From Bacteroidales bacterium (GTDB taxonomy: Bacteria > Bacteroidota > Bacteroidia > Bacteroidales > UBA3663), in NCBI GenBank assembly GCA_017618715.1, contig JAFZTS010000032.1, forward strand, positions 19,111 to 83,110: DNA of 64,000 nt, given 5' to 3'. A program made the translations under genes and the position numbers. The notes beneath the pieces are model-generated. The model had not been told where the DNA came from, searched no databases, and saw only the letters and a program-made list of their open reading frames with translations. Positions 9,101 to 21,058 of the stretch are shown in pieces (the first letter of the stretch is position 1; each line of letters starts with the position of its first letter).

Positions 9101-9485
9101 CGCAGTAGGCCTGTCTGTCGCTCGCAACACTTTGCGTGAGGAAAGTCCGGGCTGCATAGGGCTCCATGCCGGTTAATGGCCGGTAGGCGGCGACGTTTAG
9201 GTAACGTAACAGAAAATAACCGCCCCGCAAGGGGTAAGGGTGAAAAGGCGAGGTAAGAGCTCACCGCACACTTGGCAACAAGGCGTGGCAGTACGTCCCA
9301 TGGGTTGTAAGATCATATATACTGGTGTATGGCGCATGTCGTTCGCGATACTGCGTCAGGAAGGGCGGCCCGTCCGAGCCAGGGGGTAGATTGCTAAAGT
9401 GTGTCAGTAATGGCTCACTCAGATCAATGGCAGACACCTGTCACTACGGTGGCAGACACAGAACCCGGCTTATCGGCCTACTGCG
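9101..9485 (+). ncRNA. rnpB: RNase P RNA, bacterial type A
   Basis: Universally conserved GAGGAAAGTCCGGGC lies at 9138..9152, with its P4 partner ACAGAACCCGGCTTA at 9458..9472. The P1 helix is CGCAGTAGGCC (9101..9111) paired with GGCCTACTGCG (9475..9485). A T6 run follows. Confidence 0.93.
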
Positions 9486-9504
9486 TTTTTTATCAAGGCA
9501 TCCA

Positions 9505-11511
9505 ATGGCGGACAAGAACAAGCCCACTAAGACATACGACAAGGTAGTACGGCGGCTGATGAACGGACAACTGCAGAATGCGTTGACGTTGATCAGCAAG
9601 CGTTGCGTTTTGGAGCCTCGGCTTTACTCCATCGGTGAAGAAGCCGACGCACTTCAAAAGGACTACGATCGTATGCTCGGGTTCCTTGCCAATGGCTCTC
9701 ACGACCCCAAGCTGTCCGAACAGCACGACATCCTGATGGAACGTGCGTGGAAACTTGCCGAACGGCTCTACGATTTCGAACGACCCGTTATCCTTCCCTT
9801 TGAAGAACCTGTTGTCCAACTTCTCGAGTCGCTACAGGCAGAACCCGACAGCGACACCAGCTTGGGTCGTGTCTTTGAGCAGGTGGTCGAAAGCCCCCAC
9901 CTCACCAAGACCGAACGCAAGGCTCTTCATCAGGCCGTACTTGATGACAGCACCCCCGAATACGTACGCGCTACCCTTCTTTCGGCCATCACCCTCCACC
10001 TGACACAACATTTCGACGACCATATTGTCGAAGACCTTTACACATACACGCTCGATGACCAACCCGTGCAGTTGCAGATGCAAGCCTGGGTTACACTTGT
10101 CTTCGTCGCTCTGATCCATTCCCATCGCATCGAGCACCTCCCCCGCTTGCGGGAACAGTACCAGTTCATCTGTGAGAGCGCACCCGACCTGCTCTTCGAC
10201 ATCCAGATTGCCCTTTTGCAATGCCGCGAAGCATTTTCCTTCGACAAGAAGCTTCACAAGATCATCAACCAGGATGGCGAAGAGGAGGAGCTCAGCGAAC
10301 AGGAACGCTTGAGGGAGTTCTTCGAGTTTATTACCGAAGGCATCGACACCACCCTCTCGTTGTTTTCTCACCTCAAGAAGATTTCCTTCTTCAGCGGCGA
10401 AGGCACACGACACCACTGGTTCGAACCATTCAGCCTCGAACAACCCGATGTACGTGCCATCCTCGAAGAGAACCCCAAAGCAGAACCGTGGTCGCGGATG
10501 CTTATGTCGTCGTTGGCTCAATGCAATACCGACAAGTATGGTTCGTTCTTCACCATGCAAGCCTACAACAAAGACCTCATGGCTACCATCAGCGAGAAGC
10601 TCGAGGAGAAAGGCATGCAGTTCGACCAGATTCTGCCGCCCAGCCCACTCTACGTCATGCGAAATTATCTGCACGACCTCTTCCGCTACTGCAATATGCA
10701 CCCCAAGGGCGAGGCGATGCGCTATCCCCTCTTCGAACGTGACCTCGACATGAGCCAGTGCAAATGGCTCAGCACGGGCATCAGTCACCCCGACCAACTC
10801 AAGAAAACCGCCGAATTCCTCTTCCGCAAGGAACGTTTCGACGAGGCATGTGTGACCTACGGTACATTGCTCAAGCAAGAAGTCACCGAAGAGTCCATGC
10901 AGAAGCTCTACTACGCCATGTTGCACAGCGACAGTACGGCCGACAACCGTCGCGCCATGCAAACGCTCATCAAATGTAACATGCTCTTCCCGGGCAACAA
11001 GTGGACGTTGCGTCACCTTGCCGATGCCTTTCATGAGGCCAAGGAATATCAGTTCGAAGGACAAGTGCTCCACGAAGCCCTTGAGCATTATCCCGACGAC
11101 CCGACACTTTTGATGCGAATGGGACGTTGTCTCACTTGCCAAGACCGTATCGACGAGGCCATCGAGATCCTCTACAAGGCCGACATCCAACGTGAGGGAC
11201 AACTGCGCGTACATCGCGAACTCGCCAACGCCCTCTTCCTGACCAGCGACCATGCACGCGCCGAGAAGTTCATCCGCATGGTGCTCAGTCGCCCCGAACC
11301 CGAGGGCGATGACTGGATTCTCGGAGGGCACATAGCCTTGCAAGGCGACGATATTCCGTTGGCTGTCGAGCGCTATCGTCGTGTCGAGGACATCGCCTAC
11401 ACATACGGAAACATCCTAAGCGACAAGAGCAAACTCCTCCATGCCGGCATTGCCGAGCACATCATACAATTGGTCATGGAGCTTCTTTTGAGAGAAATGA
11501 GACAAGGATAA
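9505..11511 (+). CDS. TPR-like repeat protein (function unknown)
   Basis: The ORF track starts at 9325, but that start lies inside rnpB. The first ATG after the RNA is 9505 (MADKNKPTK...), giving 668 aa. The C-terminal third has TPR-like helical repeats. Confidence 0.6.
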   Translation: MADKNKPTKTYDKVVRRLMNGQLQNALTLISKRCVLEPRLYSIGEEADALQKDYDRMLGFLANGSHDPKLSEQHDILMERAWKLAERLYDFERPVILPFEEPVVQLLESLQAEPDSDTSLGRVFEQVVESPHLTKTERKALHQAVLDDSTPEYVRATLLSAITLHLTQHFDDHIVEDLYTYTLDDQPVQLQMQAWVTLVFVALIHSHRIEHLPRLREQYQFICESAPDLLFDIQIALLQCREAFSFDKKLHKIINQDGEEEELSEQERLREFFEFITEGIDTTLSLFSHLKKISFFSGEGTRHHWFEPFSLEQPDVRAILEENPKAEPWSRMLMSSLAQCNTDKYGSFFTMQAYNKDLMATISEKLEEKGMQFDQILPPSPLYVMRNYLHDLFRYCNMHPKGEAMRYPLFERDLDMSQCKWLSTGISHPDQLKKTAEFLFRKERFDEACVTYGTLLKQEVTEESMQKLYYAMLHSDSTADNRRAMQTLIKCNMLFPGNKWTLRHLADAFHEAKEYQFEGQVLHEALEHYPDDPTLLMRMGRCLTCQDRIDEAIEILYKADIQREGQLRVHRELANALFLTSDHARAEKFIRMVLSRPEPEGDDWILGGHIALQGDDIPLAVERYRRVEDIAYTYGNILSDKSKLLHAGIAEHIIQLVMELLLREMRQG

Positions 11512-11532
11512 TTATTCAAAAACTAACAATAT

Positions 11533-14376
<2,844 letters not shown>

Positions 14377-14397
14377 GCGTTATACATTATATATAAT

Positions 14398-14434
14398 AAT
14401 ACAGGCTGCGAGCGTTTTGCTTGCAGCCTGTATT
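14398..14434. terminator. bidirectional intrinsic terminator (12-bp stem)
   Basis: AATACAGGCTGC (14398..14409) pairs with GCAGCCTGTATT (14423..14434). It sits between convergent leuS and asnS. Confidence 0.75.
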
Positions 14435-14454
14435 GTTATTGTCTTGTCGGCTCT

Positions 14455-15879
14455 TTAGAACTCTGCCGACTTGGGAGTACGTGGGAACGGGATGACGTCG
14501 CGGATGTTCTGCATACCGGTGACGAAGAGGATGAGACGCTCGAAGCCGAGGCCGAAACCTGCATGTGGGCAGGAACCGAAACGACGGGTATCGAGATACC
14601 ACCACATGTCCTTCATCGGGATGTGACGAGTTGTGATCTCGTTCATGAGCTTGTCGTAATTCTCCTCACGCACCGAACCTCCGATAATTTCGCCGATCTG
14701 CGGGAAGAGGACGTCGGTTCCCTGTACGGTTTCCTCCATCTCCTCACCATTGAAGATAGGACGTTTGTCATCAATCTTCATGTAGAACGACTTGATCTTC
14801 TTCGGATAGTTGGTCATGATGACGGGCTTCTTGAAGTACTCCTCTACAAGGAAACGCTCGTGCTCGGAAGCAAGGTCGTCGCCCCAGTTGCAGGGGAACT
14901 CGAACTTGCGACCATCCTTCATGGCCTGCTGGAGGATCTCGATGCCCTTGGTATAGGGCAAGTGTACGAAACTATCCTTCAACACACCTTCGAGACGTTC
15001 GATGAGCGTAGGATCGATGAGCTTGTTGAGGAACTCGAGCTCCTCGCGGCAGTTGTCGAGTGCCCAGCGCACGCAATGCTTGATGAAGTCCTCTTCGAGG
15101 GCCATCAGGTCATCCATGTCGTAGAAGGCAACTTCGGGCTCAATCATCCAGAACTCGGCCAAATGGCGTGGTGTGTTGGAGTTCTCGGCACGGAAGGTGG
15201 GACCAAAGGTGTAAATCTGGCCCAAAGCCGTAGCGCCCAACTCGCCTTCGAGCTGACCGGAAACAGTGAGCGAGGTCATCTTGCCGAAGAAGTCGTCATC
15301 GTAGATGATGGAGCCATTCTCGTCCTTCTTGAGGTCGTAGAGGTTCTTGGTGGTCACCTGGAACATCTGACCGGCACCTTCGCAGTCGCTGGCCGTGATA
15401 AGCGGCGAGTGGAAATAATAGAAGCCATGCTCATGGAAATACTGATGGATAGCAATGGCCATGTTATGACGAATGCGGAGGATGCAACCAAAGAGGTTGG
15501 TGCGTGGACGCAGATGTGCCTTCTCACGCAGGAACTCCATCGAATGACCCTTCTTCTGCAAAGGATATTCATTGGGATCGCAGTCACCGAGCACTTCGAT
15601 GACGCTGGCCTGAATCTCGCACTTCTGGTTGCCTCCCTGACTGGCCACAAGCTGACCTACGACCTTAAGGCAGGCACCCGTGGTAATGCGCTTGAAGAGG
15701 GCATCGTCGAACTTGGCAACGTCAGCAACTACCTGCACACCCGACACGCATGAGCCGTCGTTGAGTGCAATGAACTTGACGACCTTATTGCCACGCATCG
15801 AACGAACCCATCCGCATACGGTGACTTCACGATCGAGGACCTCTGACTGAAGGAGGCCTTTTATGATTTCTCTTTTCAT
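14455..15879 (-). CDS. asnS: asparagine--tRNA ligase
   Basis: 474-aa ORF with an OB anticodon-binding N-terminus and a class II core. It carries [21 protein letters not shown] and the C-terminal GFGLGFERL. Confidence 0.93.
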   Translation of the reverse strand: MKREIIKGLLQSEVLDREVTVCGWVRSMRGNKVVKFIALNDGSCVSGVQVVADVAKFDDALFKRITTGACLKVVGQLVASQGGNQKCEIQASVIEVLGDCDPNEYPLQKKGHSMEFLREKAHLRPRTNLFGCILRIRHNMAIAIHQYFHEHGFYYFHSPLITASDCEGAGQMFQVTTKNLYDLKKDENGSIIYDDDFFGKMTSLTVSGQLEGELGATALGQIYTFGPTFRAENSNTPRHLAEFWMIEPEVAFYDMDDLMALEEDFIKHCVRWALDNCREELEFLNKLIDPTLIERLEGVLKDSFVHLPYTKGIEILQQAMKDGRKFEFPCNWGDDLASEHERFLVEEYFKKPVIMTNYPKKIKSFYMKIDDKRPIFNGEEMEETVQGTDVLFPQIGEIIGGSVREENYDKLMNEITTRHIPMKDMWWYLDTRRFGSCPHAGFGLGFERLILFVTGMQNIRDVIPFPRTPKSAEF

Positions 15880-15898
15880 TGTTTTTTAAAAGTAGTAA

Positions 15899-15920
15899 AA
15901 GGGCACTTTTCAATGCCCTT
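15899..15920 (-). terminator. intrinsic terminator after the pseudouridine synthase gene
   Basis: AAGGGCA pairs with TGCCCTT with an 8-nt loop. On the minus strand it is followed by TTTTACTACTTTT. Confidence 0.55.
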
Positions 15921-15929
15921 CAGTAATAA

Positions 15930-17528
15930 TTATTCGAAAGCACCCATCTTGAGCATGCTAACCTCCTGCTGGGTGAGGTGACGCCAACGGCCACGTGGCA
16001 GGTTCTTCTTGGTGAGGCCTGCGAAATAAACGCGGTCAAGCTTCACGACGCGATAACCGAGATGCTCGAAGACACGGCGAACGATACGGTTCTTTCCTGA
16101 GTGGATCTCGATGCCCACCTGGTTCTTGTCCTCTTCGTTGGCGTAAGCGATGGCATCGGCGTGGATCGGACCATCGTCGAGCTCAACACCAGCAGCGATG
16201 CGAGCGAGGTCGGTTTCGGCCACGTCCTTGTCAAGCCATACGTGATAGATCTTCTTCTTGATGTACTTGGGATGTGTGAGCTTCGAAGCGAGGTCGCCGT
16301 CATTGGTGAGAAGCAATACACCTGTGGTGTTGCGGTCAAGACGACCAACGGGATAGATGCGCTCGCGGCTTGCATTGCGCACGAGATCCATGACTGTCTG
16401 ACGACCCTGTGGATCATCGCTGGTGGTAACGGTATCCTTCGGTTTGTTGAGAAGTACATAAACCTTACGCTCCAGGCTGACGGGCTGGTCGTTGAAGGTC
16501 ACCTGATCCTTGCGGGTTACCTTGGTGCCAAGCTCGGTCACAACGACGCCATTTACCTTGACCATGCCTGCTGCGATGTGCTCGTCTGCTTCACGACGTG
16601 AGCAGACACCTGCATTGGCAAGGTACTTGTTGAGACGCAGTTCCTCATTCGGATCGACGATAGCCTCAACATATTCTACTGGGCGATGTGGATTGTAACC
16701 TTGTTTGCGATTGAACTTCTGCTTCTGGGGACGACCGTAGCCACCCTGCTGGGGACGGCCATATCCACCCTGCTGGGGACGACCGTAGCCACCCTGCTGG
16801 GGACGGCCATATCCACCCTGCTGGGGACGACCGTAGCCACCTTGCTGGGGACGACCGTAGCCACCCTGCTGAGGACGGCCGTAGCCACCCTGCTGGGGAC
16901 GACTGTAGCCACGGGGCTGATAGCCACCACGAGGCTGGTAGCCGCCACGGGGCTGATAACCCTGCTGATAACCTTCCTGCGGCTGCTGTCCTTCCTGAGG
17001 TTTGCCTTCCTGAGTCTCGTTCTGCGGCTGCTGGAAGCCTTGATTCTCAGTGTAGCGCTGATAACCATTGTTGGGACGCTGTGGACGCTGATAACCCTGA
17101 TAAGCGTTCGGGTCGCCATCCTGATTATAGCGACGATAGTTGTTCTGCGGACGCTGTGGACGCTGGTAACCGGGATAACCACCCTGGGGACGCTGATAAC
17201 CGCCCTGCTGTGGGAAACCTTCCTCACCGGTTTGTGGACGCTGATAACCTTCGCCTTCTTGCATTGGACGCTGGTAGCCACCTCCACGGGGGTAGCCGCC
17301 ACTACGAGGATAACCGCCTCCACGCGGATAATTGCCACGACCATAACCGCTATAGTCGTTAGCGCCGCCGCGTTGATAAGAATTGCGTGTTTGGGGATCG
17401 TAGGTAGCTGCATTACTGAAGCGGCTCTCGCCGATTCGGGGACGACGTTTTGGTGCCTGTGGTGCACCTTCGGGTGCTGCATTACCCTCTTGTGGGGTGT
17501 TTGCCTGTGGGTTTTGATTTTCTTCCAT
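15930..17528 (-). CDS. rluB: RsuA/RluB-family 23S rRNA pseudouridine synthase with long low-complexity N-terminal extension
   Basis: 532-aa ORF. The S4 domain starts near aa 305 (LRLNKYLANAGVCSRREAD) and the catalytic motif is YPVGRLDRNTTGVLLLTNDG. Residues 1-~295 are Gly/Gln/Pro/Tyr/Arg low complexity. Specific assignment to RluB rather than another family member is tentative. Confidence 0.8.
   Translation of the reverse strand: MEENQNPQANTPQEGNAAPEGAPQAPKRRPRIGESRFSNAATYDPQTRNSYQRGGANDYSGYGRGNYPRGGGYPRSGGYPRGGGYQRPMQEGEGYQRPQTGEEGFPQQGGYQRPQGGYPGYQRPQRPQNNYRRYNQDGDPNAYQGYQRPQRPNNGYQRYTENQGFQQPQNETQEGKPQEGQQPQEGYQQGYQPRGGYQPRGGYQPRGYSRPQQGGYGRPQQGGYGRPQQGGYGRPQQGGYGRPQQGGYGRPQQGGYGRPQQGGYGRPQKQKFNRKQGYNPHRPVEYVEAIVDPNEELRLNKYLANAGVCSRREADEHIAAGMVKVNGVVVTELGTKVTRKDQVTFNDQPVSLERKVYVLLNKPKDTVTTSDDPQGRQTVMDLVRNASRERIYPVGRLDRNTTGVLLLTNDGDLASKLTHPKYIKKKIYHVWLDKDVAETDLARIAAGVELDDGPIHADAIAYANEEDKNQVGIEIHSGKNRIVRRVFEHLGYRVVKLDRVYFAGLTKKNLPRGRWRHLTQQEVSMLKMGAFE
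16704..16915 (-). repeat. in-frame 24-bp tandem repeat (about 8 copies) encoding RPQQGGYG
   Basis: On the + strand, CGACCGTAGCCACCCTGCTGGGGA and CGGCCATATCCACCCTGCTGGGGA units are read directly. They encode the octapeptide run at aa ~210-275 of the synthase. Confidence 0.9.
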
Positions 17529-17530
17529 AA

Positions 17531-18880
17531 TTAAATGCCTGTGTAGTTTGATGGAGCGAGCGCATGCAACTCTGCTTTCACTGACTCCGATACGTTTAAT
17601 GATTCAATAAATTTAGATATAGTTTGTTCGTTCATACCAGTATTGACACGGGTCAAAGCCTTAAGTGTCTCGTAGGGTTTTGGATAACCTTCACGACGAA
17701 GGATAGTCTGAATGCCTTCTGCCACGACAGCCCAAGCGTTGTCGAGGTCACGACGGATGGCTGCCTCGTTGAGCAAGAGCTTGCCAAGACCCTTTCGGGT
17801 GGAAGCCAAGGCGATGAGGGTATGCCCCATGGGGACACCGACGTTACGCAGGACGGTAGAGTCGGTGAGGTCGCGTTGCAGACGGCTCACGGGCAACTTG
17901 GTAGCCAAATGTTCGAGAATGGCATTGGCGATGCCGAGGTTACCCTCGGAGTTTTCGTAATCGATGGGGTTGACCTTATGGGGCATGGCGCTGGAACCAA
18001 CCTCACCGGCTTTGATCTGCTGTTTGAAATATTCCATTGAAATATACTGCCAGAAGTCGCGATCAAGGTCGAGCAACACAACGTTGATGCGACGCATGGC
18101 GTCGAAGAGGGCTGCAAGGTTGTCGTAGTTGGAGATCTGTGTGGTCCACTCTTCGCGCTCGATGCCAAGGCGTTCGCTGAGGAAACGGCTACCGAAGGCG
18201 CGCCAGTCGCGGTCGGGGTAGGCGATATGATGGGCATTGAAATTACCTGTAGCGCCACCGAACTTGCCGCTGATCTTGACCTGACGAAGGCTGTCGAGCT
18301 GCTGGTTGAGACGATAGACGAAGACCATCACCTCCTTGCCGAGACGGGTGGGTGAAGCCGGCTGGCCATGGGTGCGGGCAAGCATGGGGATATCCTTCCA
18401 TTCCTCGGCATAGCGTGCCAAAATGTCGATGACTTCCTGAAGAGCTGGAATATAGACCTCGTAGATGGCCTCTTTGATTGACATGGGCACCGAGGTATTA
18501 TTGATGTCCTGACTGGTGAGGCCGAAGTGAATGAACTCCTTGTAGCGCTGGAGACCAAGACGATCAAATTCCTCCTTGATGAGATACTCCACGGCCTTCA
18601 CATCGTGGTTGGTCACTTTCTCGATGTCCTTGACACGCTGGGCTTCGGCTGGAGTGAAGTTGCGATAAATGGCACGAAGCTCGTCGAAAATATGGGCATC
18701 GACATCGGCCAATTGGGGTAAAGGAAGTTCACAAAGTGCAATAAAGTATTCGATTTCAACACGAACGCGATACTTGATAAGCGCGAACTCGGAGAAATAA
18801 TTGCTCAGAACCTCCGTCTTGGAATGATAACGTCCATCAATAGGCGAAACGGTCGTGAGCGGACTAAAGGGAAAATCCAT
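17531..18880 (-). CDS. purB: adenylosuccinate lyase
   Basis: 449-aa ORF with the fumarate-lyase signature GSSAMPHKVNP and a PurB-type N- and C-terminus. Its stop lies 2 nt before the start of the downstream synthase gene. Confidence 0.93.
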   Translation of the reverse strand: MDFPFSPLTTVSPIDGRYHSKTEVLSNYFSEFALIKYRVRVEIEYFIALCELPLPQLADVDAHIFDELRAIYRNFTPAEAQRVKDIEKVTNHDVKAVEYLIKEEFDRLGLQRYKEFIHFGLTSQDINNTSVPMSIKEAIYEVYIPALQEVIDILARYAEEWKDIPMLARTHGQPASPTRLGKEVMVFVYRLNQQLDSLRQVKISGKFGGATGNFNAHHIAYPDRDWRAFGSRFLSERLGIEREEWTTQISNYDNLAALFDAMRRINVVLLDLDRDFWQYISMEYFKQQIKAGEVGSSAMPHKVNPIDYENSEGNLGIANAILEHLATKLPVSRLQRDLTDSTVLRNVGVPMGHTLIALASTRKGLGKLLLNEAAIRRDLDNAWAVVAEGIQTILRREGYPKPYETLKALTRVNTGMNEQTISKFIESLNVSESVKAELHALAPSNYTGI

Positions 18881-18902
18881 TATTTTGGGGGAATAATAAG
18901 AC

Positions 18903-18958
18903 TGATGGGATTAATGGGAATTGATGGGAATAATGGGAATCAACGGGAGCAATAGGAT
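18903..18958. repeat. six helically phased ATGGGA-like hexamers upstream of purB
   Basis: ATGGGA occurs at 18905, 18914, 18924 and 18933, ACGGGA at 18943 and ATAGGA at 18952. Spacing is 9-10 bp. Confidence 0.8.
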
Positions 18959-18960
18959 GA

Positions 18961-19641
18961 TTACTTCCAGAAATGGAATCCTACATTGAAGATGAGGGCA
19001 CTAACTCTAGCTGTACTGCCTTCGATGACATCATACCAAACGCCCGGCATATAATCGACACCGAGAGATAAACGTTTCCAGTCGTATCCAATACCGACCA
19101 CAGGGCCGAAATCCCAATTGTTGGCATCGTCGTAAGAGCCAACGATACGCGAAGCGAAGATGCCGGCATCGAGGGAGAGGCGGCTCTTGTAAGTCAAAGG
19201 AATGAAATAGCGATACTTACCTTGAACCATCACCTCGTTGAGGTGTATCTGTTCGGTCAAATCGTAGCGCTGCTGACGTCCGTAACCAAGACCAAGATCA
19301 TAGTAATAAATCTTTTCCCCGCCAAACTGCGCATACCCTGCGGAGACACGAAAACCATGGTGCTTCTTCTTGTTATAATCCCATGCAAAGCTGAAAGCGT
19401 ATGAATCGCGAGTGTTCTGATAGGCACCGGTTCGGCCAAAGGATGTTTCGGTGAAACGATCGCGTGTCAACCAACTATGAACGTAGCCGGACGAAAAGGT
19501 GAAGGAGTTTCCATAAAAGTAGTTAATGGCACGGGCTTCACGCTTGGCCTGTTCTTTTTTGGTAAATCGTTGAGCGAAAGATGGCATCGCAACAGCCAAA
19601 ATAATGCAAATAAGTAATACTGCTCTCTTATTGATATGCAT
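18961..19641 (-). CDS. small outer-membrane beta-barrel protein (porin/OmpW-like fold family)
   Basis: 226-aa ORF with a signal peptide (AVAMPSFAQ), an alternating beta-strand pattern and a C-terminal aromatic (FHFWK). Confidence 0.6.
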   Translation of the reverse strand: MHINKRAVLLICIILAVAMPSFAQRFTKKEQAKREARAINYFYGNSFTFSSGYVHSWLTRDRFTETSFGRTGAYQNTRDSYAFSFAWDYNKKKHHGFRVSAGYAQFGGEKIYYYDLGLGYGRQQRYDLTEQIHLNEVMVQGKYRYFIPLTYKSRLSLDAGIFASRIVGSYDDANNWDFGPVVGIGYDWKRLSLGVDYMPGVWYDVIEGSTARVSALIFNVGFHFWK

Positions 19642-19707
19642 AAAAAATCTCTTGTAATGATAGACAACCTGCTGCTCTAATCAAAGAAATATAATAATTG
19701 AGGGCGC

Positions 19708-19715
19708 AAAGTTAA
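19708..19715 (-). promoter_or_regulatory. -7 promoter box (TAACTTTG on minus strand)
   Basis: CAAAGTTA on the + strand, 67 nt upstream of the 19641 start codon. Confidence 0.5.
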
Positions 19716-19800
19716 TAATTTTCCAGACAGGTTGCAAATCGGAAGGGGGCTTTTAACTTACTATAACCCCATAAAAGGGATGAATGGCACGTTGTGTTTA

Positions 19801-19834
19801 CAAAAACGCGCAAAGACTCACGCCTCTGCGCGTT
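19801..19834 (-). terminator. intrinsic terminator after the small membrane protein gene
   Basis: AACGCGCA (19805..19812) pairs with TGCGCGTT (19827..19834). On the minus strand the hairpin is followed by TTTTTG. Confidence 0.55.
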
Positions 19835-19878
19835 CTGTGTGTTGTTCCAAGAAAATATTGAAGTGGTCCGATATCGGA

Positions 19879-20082
19879 TTACTTGTCGCCACCAATCTTG
19901 TCGGCCGACTTGCCACCGAAGATGTTCAAAAGAACACCGGCAACAACGAGTACGAAGCAAACGCCAAGAATAACGGTATTAAGACGAGCATCCTGAAGTG
20001 CCTCAGTATAGAAACTGATAGCTAAAACCACGACAACGATAAGGATGAGGATTGAACCTCCATACTGTTTAAGAGCTCTCAT
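19879..20082 (-). CDS. small two-TM membrane protein (67 aa)
   Basis: The track ORF (108 aa) begins in an A/T-rich intergenic stretch. The internal ATG at 20082 gives MRALKQYGGSILILIVVVVLAI...VILGVCFVLVVAGVLLNIFGG, with two hydrophobic helices. Coding status was judged only from hydrophobicity and context. Confidence 0.5.
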   Translation of the reverse strand: MRALKQYGGSILILIVVVVLAISFYTEALQDARLNTVILGVCFVLVVAGVLLNIFGGKSADKIGGDK

Positions 20083-20204
20083 AATGTATAGTTTTGTGTT
20101 TTTAAAATGTCTTTTCGACTTATATTTTGGGGCAAAGTAACAAAAAAAAACAATATGTCGGTCAAAAAAAACAAAAAAAATGCTTGTTTTAACGAAAAAA
20201 AGCA

Positions 20205-20212
20205 TATCTTTG
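20205..20212 (+). promoter_or_regulatory. -7 promoter box TATCTTTG for plsC
   Basis: Exact TAnnTTTG about 80 nt upstream of ATG 20294. Confidence 0.55.
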
Positions 20213-20293
20213 CCCCGAAAATACTAAAAATGGTGTGTTTTTCATCAATTAATTGACAAAAACTGACGGTTCCGACGCGGAACCAAAGACTAT

Positions 20294-21034
20294 ATGAAAG
20301 CTCTGTATTTCGTGTATCAATGGCTCATCTTTGTGCCACTACTCATTATCGTGTCCATTTTAGCCTCCCTTGCTACAATCGTTGGATGCTGGCTCGGCAA
20401 CAAGAATTTCTGGGGCTACTGGCCGGGAGTTCTTTGGGCGCGATGCATCATTCGCTTATCGCTTTGCCCGGTGACAATAAAAGGGCGCGAGAACATCGAC
20501 AAGAACACTGAATATGTCTTTGTCGCCAACCATCAGGGCGCGTTCGACATTTTCCTCCTCTTCGGTTTCCTGGGACATGACTTCCGCTGGATGCTCCGCA
20601 AGGGGCTCCGCAAGATAATCTTTGTGGGTGCAGCTTGCGAACGCGCAGGCCATATCTATGTAGATTCGCACGGATCTTCGGGCATGATGCACACCATTCG
20701 TCAGGCATTGGCCACACTGAAGGAAGGCCATTCGCTGATCATCTTCCCCGAGGGCACACGTTCGAACGACGGACATTTGGGAACGTTCAAGAAGGGAGCC
20801 TTTACGTTGGCCGCCATGCTCAAGGTTCCCGTGGTTCCCATCACCATCGAAGGTCCGTACAAGGTGATGCAGAAAGGCTCTTGGCTCATCCATCCGCATC
20901 ATCTGTATCTCACCATCCACCAGCCGCTCGAACCCGTCAGCCGCAAGGAAGGCACTGATGCCGGCGTGGATCGTCTGCTCCACGAGTCGCAGCGTGTCAT
21001 CGCCGAGTCGCTGGGCGAACCTGTGCAGAAATGA
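20294..21034 (+). CDS. plsC: 1-acyl-sn-glycerol-3-phosphate acyltransferase
   Basis: 246-aa ORF with an N-terminal TM helix, the acyltransferase HX4D motif (NHQGAFD) and FPEGTRS. Confidence 0.85.
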   Translation: MKALYFVYQWLIFVPLLIIVSILASLATIVGCWLGNKNFWGYWPGVLWARCIIRLSLCPVTIKGRENIDKNTEYVFVANHQGAFDIFLLFGFLGHDFRWMLRKGLRKIIFVGAACERAGHIYVDSHGSSGMMHTIRQALATLKEGHSLIIFPEGTRSNDGHLGTFKKGAFTLAAMLKVPVVPITIEGPYKVMQKGSWLIHPHHLYLTIHQPLEPVSRKEGTDAGVDRLLHESQRVIAESLGEPVQK

Positions 21035-21058
21035 CATTTTTTCTACGGCAACTCTCAA

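Noticed and set aside
9325-9504. N-terminal 60 codons of the 728-aa track ORF
   Set aside because: This stretch overlaps the 3' half of the RNase P RNA, including its conserved ACAGAACCCGGCTTA element and terminator T-run. The first ATG after the RNA (9505) is used instead.
16676-17534. Two ~270-aa ORFs (16676..17482 on the - strand, 16686..17534 on the + strand) in the repeat region of the pseudouridine synthase gene
   Set aside because: They are alternative readings of the same 24-bp and related repeats. Only the annotated frame continues into a recognisable S4 plus pseudouridine synthase core.
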